The notes below the pieces were generated by a model. The model saw nothing but the letters and a program-made list of their open reading frames with translations. It was not told the origin of the DNA and made no database searches. Shown in pieces: positions 59,935-64,000 of a stretch of DNA of 64,000 nucleotides. Origin of the DNA: Longimicrobiales bacterium (GTDB lineage: Bacteria; Gemmatimonadota; Gemmatimonadetes; Longimicrobiales; Gaopeijiaceae); contig CBDCNQ010000005.1 in assembly GCA_965219445.1 (NCBI GenBank), positions 1,184,001-1,248,000 on the forward strand, given 5' to 3'. The position numbers and the translations under genes are program-made. Each line of letters opens with the position of its first letter. The first letter of the stretch is position 1.

Positions 59935-61122
59935 CTAACCCGGCCTAGCCACGCCGGTCGACCCGCTCGGTCTCGGCCCCATGCCTCTATAGAGGTGCTT
60001 CTGGACACGCTTCCCTTCGTAGGTCTCCGTCGTGTAGATGTTTCCGCGCGAGTCGGTCGCGATGCTGTGGGCCCCGTAGAACTGACCGGGGGTACGCCCG
60101 CCGTCGCCGAAGTTGTACAGGTACTCGAGCCCTTCGCGCCTGACGACGTGGACCTTTTCGTTCATGCCGTCGACGACGTAAAGGAACGTTTGATTCGGAT
60201 CCGGTGAGAAGGCGACGTCCCATACGGCTCCGGCGCCCCTCGTGTTCTTCTCGATGAAGATCTCATCGACGAATGTGCCGTCCTTCTGAAAGACCTGAAC
60301 CCGGTCTGACCCACGGTCGCAGACGTACACCAGGTTACCGTTCGCCGGATCGGCGCAGTGCACCGGACCACGGAACTGCTGGGTCGGCGGCGCGCTCGGG
60401 TCGTAGGCTCCGAGGTTGTTGTCGTTTGGTACATTGCCGTAGGCACCCCAGAATCGCTTGAGGTCACCGTTCGTCGCATCGATGACCGCGACCCGCTTGT
60501 TTCCGTAGCCGTCGGCGAGGTACATCTCGTTGGCGTCGGCGTCGAAGGTGACCTTGGCCACCCGTGAAAAGTGGTTATCGGCATTGCTGTTGGGGTCCGT
60601 GTAGCCAGCATCGCCCACCTGCATCAGGAAGTCCCCGGCCCGGCTGAACTTCAACACATGCGAGTCCCCGGCCCCATTTCCGCCGATCCAAACGTTGTCC
60701 ATATGGTCCACGACGATGCCGTGATTAGAGGTCGGCCAGTCGTACCCGGGACCCGGACCACCCCAGGACCCGACCACGTTACCCTCGGGATCGAATTCGA
60801 GAACGGGCGGTGCCGCGAAGCAGCACGCGTCCGCGCTCGGCGGGTCCAGCGCCGCCGGTATCTCGTTATTCGCCAGGTTCCCTCGGTGGATGATCCAGAC
60901 GTGATCCCGAGAGTCCACCCCCACGCCAATGGTCGAGCCGAGTAGCCAATGATTCGGCAGCGGCTTCGGCCAGAACGGATCCACCTCGAACATCGGCGCC
61001 ATCGATGCATCGGCGACCGCCGGATCGGACGCCATGTCGGTCGGCATCCCGGCGTCGCCACCACCACTACAGGCGGCGCAAAGGATTACGAGGGCAGGTG
61101 CTACAAAATGCTTGAACGTCAT
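59935..61122 (-). CDS. NHL-repeat lipoprotein, paralog 1
   Basis: CAAC lipobox; VDPFWPKPLP, HGI.VD, ADGYGN.R, HSIATDS.GNIY. Confidence 0.88.
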   Translation of the reverse strand: MTFKHFVAPALVILCAACSGGGDAGMPTDMASDPAVADASMAPMFEVDPFWPKPLPNHWLLGSTIGVGVDSRDHVWIIHRGNLANNEIPAALDPPSADACCFAAPPVLEFDPEGNVVGSWGGPGPGYDWPTSNHGIVVDHMDNVWIGGNGAGDSHVLKFSRAGDFLMQVGDAGYTDPNSNADNHFSRVAKVTFDADANEMYLADGYGNKRVAVIDATNGDLKRFWGAYGNVPNDNNLGAYDPSAPPTQQFRGPVHCADPANGNLVYVCDRGSDRVQVFQKDGTFVDEIFIEKNTRGAGAVWDVAFSPDPNQTFLYVVDGMNEKVHVVRREGLEYLYNFGDGGRTPGQFYGAHSIATDSRGNIYTTETYEGKRVQKHLYRGMGPRPSGSTGVARPG

Positions 61123-61146
61123 CGCATTCCTCCTTAGCTCAGATTA

Positions 61147-62334
61147 TCAATTCGGCCAGACCACACCCACCGACCCACTCGGCGCTGGCCCCATTCCCGT
61201 GTAGACGAACTTTTGAAGGCGCTTGCCCTCGTACGTCTCCGTTACGTAAAGATTACCCCGCGAGTCGGTCTCGATGCTGTGCGCGCCAAAGAACTGACCG
61301 GGGTACCGTCCACCATCACCGAAGTTGTAGACGTACTCCAGCCCTTCGCGCCTGATGACGTGGACCTTTTCGTTCACACCGTCGGCCACGTAGAGGAAGG
61401 TCTGGTTCGGGTCTGGCGAAAAAGCGACGTCCCAGACGGAGCCGGAACCGAGTGTGTTCTTCTCGATCATGATCTCGTCGACGAACGTGCCATCCTTCTG
61501 AAAGACCTGGAGCCGATCGCCGGTGCGATCGCACGCGTACACGAAGCCGTCGGGTGTGGGATCGGCGCAGTGGACCGGATTTCCGAATTGCTGTCGCGGC
61601 GGCGCACTCGGGTCGTACGGTCCCAGATTTTCGTCACTCGGCACGTTCCCGTAGGCGCCCCAGAATCGCTTCAGGTCCCCACTCGTGGCGTCGATGACGG
61701 CCACCCGCTTGTTGAGGTAGCCATCCGCCAGGTACATCTCGTTGGCCTCCGCGTCGAACCTGACCTTGGCCACTCGCGCGTAATGGTTGTAGGCGTTGCT
61801 GTTGGGCTCCGCGTGGCCCGCTTCGCCCACCTGCATCAGGAACTCACCAGTGCGGCTGAACTTCAACACGTGCGAGTCTCCGAGCCCATTTCCACCGATC
61901 CAAACGTTGTCCATATGGTCCACGTCGATGCCGTGATTCGAGACCGGCCAGTCGTATCCGGGACCCGGCCCACCCCATGACCCCACCAGGTTGCCCTCAG
62001 GATCGAACTCCAGAATCGGAGGGGCAGCAAAACAACACTCCTCCGCAACCGGCGGGTCGAGCGCCGCCGGTCTCTCGTTATTCGCCAGGTTCCCTCGGTG
62101 GATGACCCAAACGTGTTCCCGCGAGTCCACCGCCACGCCGATCGTCGAGCCGAGCAGCCAATGATTCGGCAGCGGCTTCGGCCAGAGCGGATCCACCTCG
62201 AACATGGGGGCCATCGATGCATCGGTGACCGCCGGATCGGACGCCATATCAGCGGGCGCGCCGGCACCACCGCCGCCACTACAGGCGGCGCAAAGGATGA
62301 CAAGGGCAGCTGCTACGAGGTGCTTGGACGTCAT
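61147..62334 (-). CDS. NHL-repeat lipoprotein, paralog 2
   Basis: Same length (395 aa) and collinear with paralog 1. Confidence 0.88.
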   Translation of the reverse strand: MTSKHLVAAALVILCAACSGGGGAGAPADMASDPAVTDASMAPMFEVDPLWPKPLPNHWLLGSTIGVAVDSREHVWVIHRGNLANNERPAALDPPVAEECCFAAPPILEFDPEGNLVGSWGGPGPGYDWPVSNHGIDVDHMDNVWIGGNGLGDSHVLKFSRTGEFLMQVGEAGHAEPNSNAYNHYARVAKVRFDAEANEMYLADGYLNKRVAVIDATSGDLKRFWGAYGNVPSDENLGPYDPSAPPRQQFGNPVHCADPTPDGFVYACDRTGDRLQVFQKDGTFVDEIMIEKNTLGSGSVWDVAFSPDPNQTFLYVADGVNEKVHVIRREGLEYVYNFGDGGRYPGQFFGAHSIETDSRGNLYVTETYEGKRLQKFVYTGMGPAPSGSVGVVWPN

Positions 62335-62403
62335 CGCATCCCTCCTTGGTTCATAGGTTTGCCACTGAGGGTGCGGTCAATTCGCGCCCGGCGCAAGTGA
62401 GCC

Positions 62404-63153
62404 TCAGTGGGTCAATGCATAGATGATGTAATTCACACCGAGCCGATACGCGTCGTTTGTGGGATCGACCGCGAAGAGCCCCGAGGCGGACCACTCCCAG
62501 TACTCCGCCAAGTCCGAGTTGTGATTGGCCAGAACCATCACGCGCTTCGTCGGATCGTTGTCCTCGAAGATGGCCATATACCGGGGATCGACCGCGACGA
62601 ACGGGTGAGGCACATAGATGTCCTCGATGTAGAAGAACGTCCCGAAGATCGGGTGGGTATCGTCCAATTCGACCCACTCCCGTTCCGGAAGTGCTCGGAG
62701 GAGCTGGGCGTCCATGTTGTTCCACTGGCCCGCCTCGAAGTCGTCGAAGATGAGGAAGCCACCTTTGAGTAGGTATTCCCGGAGATTCAGGGCGCCCTCC
62801 TCGGAAATACCCCAGAAGCCGGGCTCGGAGATGTAGATGAGCGGGTGCTGGAATATTCGAGGGTCCTCCAACAGGACCACGTTGCTCCCGCTCGTGTTGG
62901 GCTCGAGGGCCGTGAACTCGTCGAGAATCGTCTGGATGTTCCGGTCTGCATCCGGGTAGTCATGGGCCCACGCTGAACGGCCGAATCCTCGAAACCCCGA
63001 CCCGCCGTACCGGATGCGAGTGAACGTGAAGTCCCCGTTGTAAGGGACCTGGTAGAGCGGATCATTCTGGGCCGCAGCGATCGCCCCTACCGTGATAAGA
63101 GCCAGTATCGCCCCCGCCCAGAGATGGCGTGCCGGTCCGGAAAACATCGCCAC
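62404..63153 (-). CDS. DUF4159-family protein
   Basis: F.RIRY, W.HDYP.AD, LREYL.KGGFLIFDDF, HPIF, LGVNYIIYALTH. Confidence 0.88.
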   Translation of the reverse strand: MAMFSGPARHLWAGAILALITVGAIAAAQNDPLYQVPYNGDFTFTRIRYGGSGFRGFGRSAWAHDYPDADRNIQTILDEFTALEPNTSGSNVVLLEDPRIFQHPLIYISEPGFWGISEEGALNLREYLLKGGFLIFDDFEAGQWNNMDAQLLRALPEREWVELDDTHPIFGTFFYIEDIYVPHPFVAVDPRYMAIFEDNDPTKRVMVLANHNSDLAEYWEWSASGLFAVDPTNDAYRLGVNYIIYALTH

Positions 63154-63254
63154 CGCTAGGTGCCCCGCTTCAGGTTCTTGGTCATCATGCCCCGATTCTC
63201 CCCTCGTGGCGGCTGTTTGGGCCGGTTCGGGCCAGTTCGGCCGGTCTAGGTTTC

Positions 63255-63989
63255 TTACGGTCTATCCACTGAAAGTGACACGTGAAGGTGATCCGCCGAA
63301 GCGACATGGTGGAGGCTTCGGAAGCCCATGATCCGGAAATAGGCCACTGTCAGGCGATTTCTCCTCGGACTGTAGCCCATAGTGCGGAGATCCATCGCAT
63401 GAACGTATCGGTCTTCGAGCTTGAAGTGGAGGGACGCCTCGCTGATGGGGAGACCCATCCCGAGATAGTCCTCGGCCGTTCGCTCCCGGTCCGTGACGAG
63501 CGCGTTTCTGTCGAATAGGAAGTAGGTGCTGGCTCCGAGTCTCATGAGCGGATGCAGAGACGTATAGTCGTCCTTGACGTCGGGATTCTTCGCGCCTCCC
63601 GCGGACAGGTAGAGGAGCCCGTATATGCTGTAGCCCGCGACAACGGCGATCACAACCGGCCGCACGATTCGCGGCCAACGGTCCTCGCTGGTGAAGCGGC
63701 GCCAGAGCCATGTCGCGTAGGCGGAAAAGACGACTACTGTGGCAAGCACACCCAGCCCGATCGACGACAAAGTGTCCCAGCCCAAGCTCTGATAGGCGTA
63801 CATCGACCCACGGATCAGGACGAAAAACGGCAGAGAAAGTACGGCCATCCATTTGATTGCAGGCAACCCCCAGCGTCGTCCCCAACGCGATCCGACCTCC
63901 AGTCCGACCCGGAATCCAACCTGGAGTTTGGGCTTCGCGACCTTCAGCCAGGGACGCTTCTCCTTCAGCGGAATCTCGCCGAGGTCCAC
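63255..63989 (-). CDS. Hypothetical membrane protein (5' end may lie outside the window)
   Basis: Three TM segments, then a soluble domain with SLH, HA.D, DHLHVS. Confidence 0.7.
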   Translation of the reverse strand: MDLGEIPLKEKRPWLKVAKPKLQVGFRVGLEVGSRWGRRWGLPAIKWMAVLSLPFFVLIRGSMYAYQSLGWDTLSSIGLGVLATVVVFSAYATWLWRRFTSEDRWPRIVRPVVIAVVAGYSIYGLLYLSAGGAKNPDVKDDYTSLHPLMRLGASTYFLFDRNALVTDRERTAEDYLGMGLPISEASLHFKLEDRYVHAMDLRTMGYSPRRNRLTVAYFRIMGFRSLHHVASADHLHVSLSVDRP

Positions 63990-64000
63990 CTCCGATACGC

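Overview
The window has two parts. Bases ~1-23,330 are a GC-rich mosaic of nested, partly decayed integrative elements. This part holds a type ISP restriction-modification gene (5'-partial), two PIN-type toxin-antitoxin pairs, two intact tyrosine integrases plus four integrase remnants, a ColE1-like mob region with Cro-like and AlpA genes, an intact IS5 and a broken IS21, a GIY-YIG nuclease, a TerB-domain gene, an AEP-primase/SF2-helicase fusion and two tRNA 3' remnants marking old att sites. Bases ~23,330-64,000 are core chromosome: an LPS/lipid A cluster, oxoprolinase B, thiolase/hbd/crotonase, rpsU, ssb, recF-dciA-gyrB, lactate permease, a VPS10/BNR protein, beta-barrels and tandem NHL proteins. 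The gene repertoire suggests a Gemmatimonadota-like Gram-negative bacterium (inference, not verified). Four observations stand out. (1) Between rpsU and ssb, three unannotated proteins share one domain (LRxxYxxYxxxQV...PPFxxW), and two of them carry a second shared domain in swapped order (B-A, A-B, A alone), next to a small RHH-like gene. (2) There are three ColE1-type oriT copies but only one relaxase; the two orphan copies sit in a conserved 'integrase 3' end + noncoding + oriT' module, suggesting satellite elements mobilised in trans. (3) A 5.3-kb element bounded by 16-bp direct repeats has inserted just upstream of another element's integrase. (4) A structured noncoding element occurs twice with a compensatory base change. 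Several single-base frameshifts look like sequencing indels. All calls are by eye; no database searches were run.
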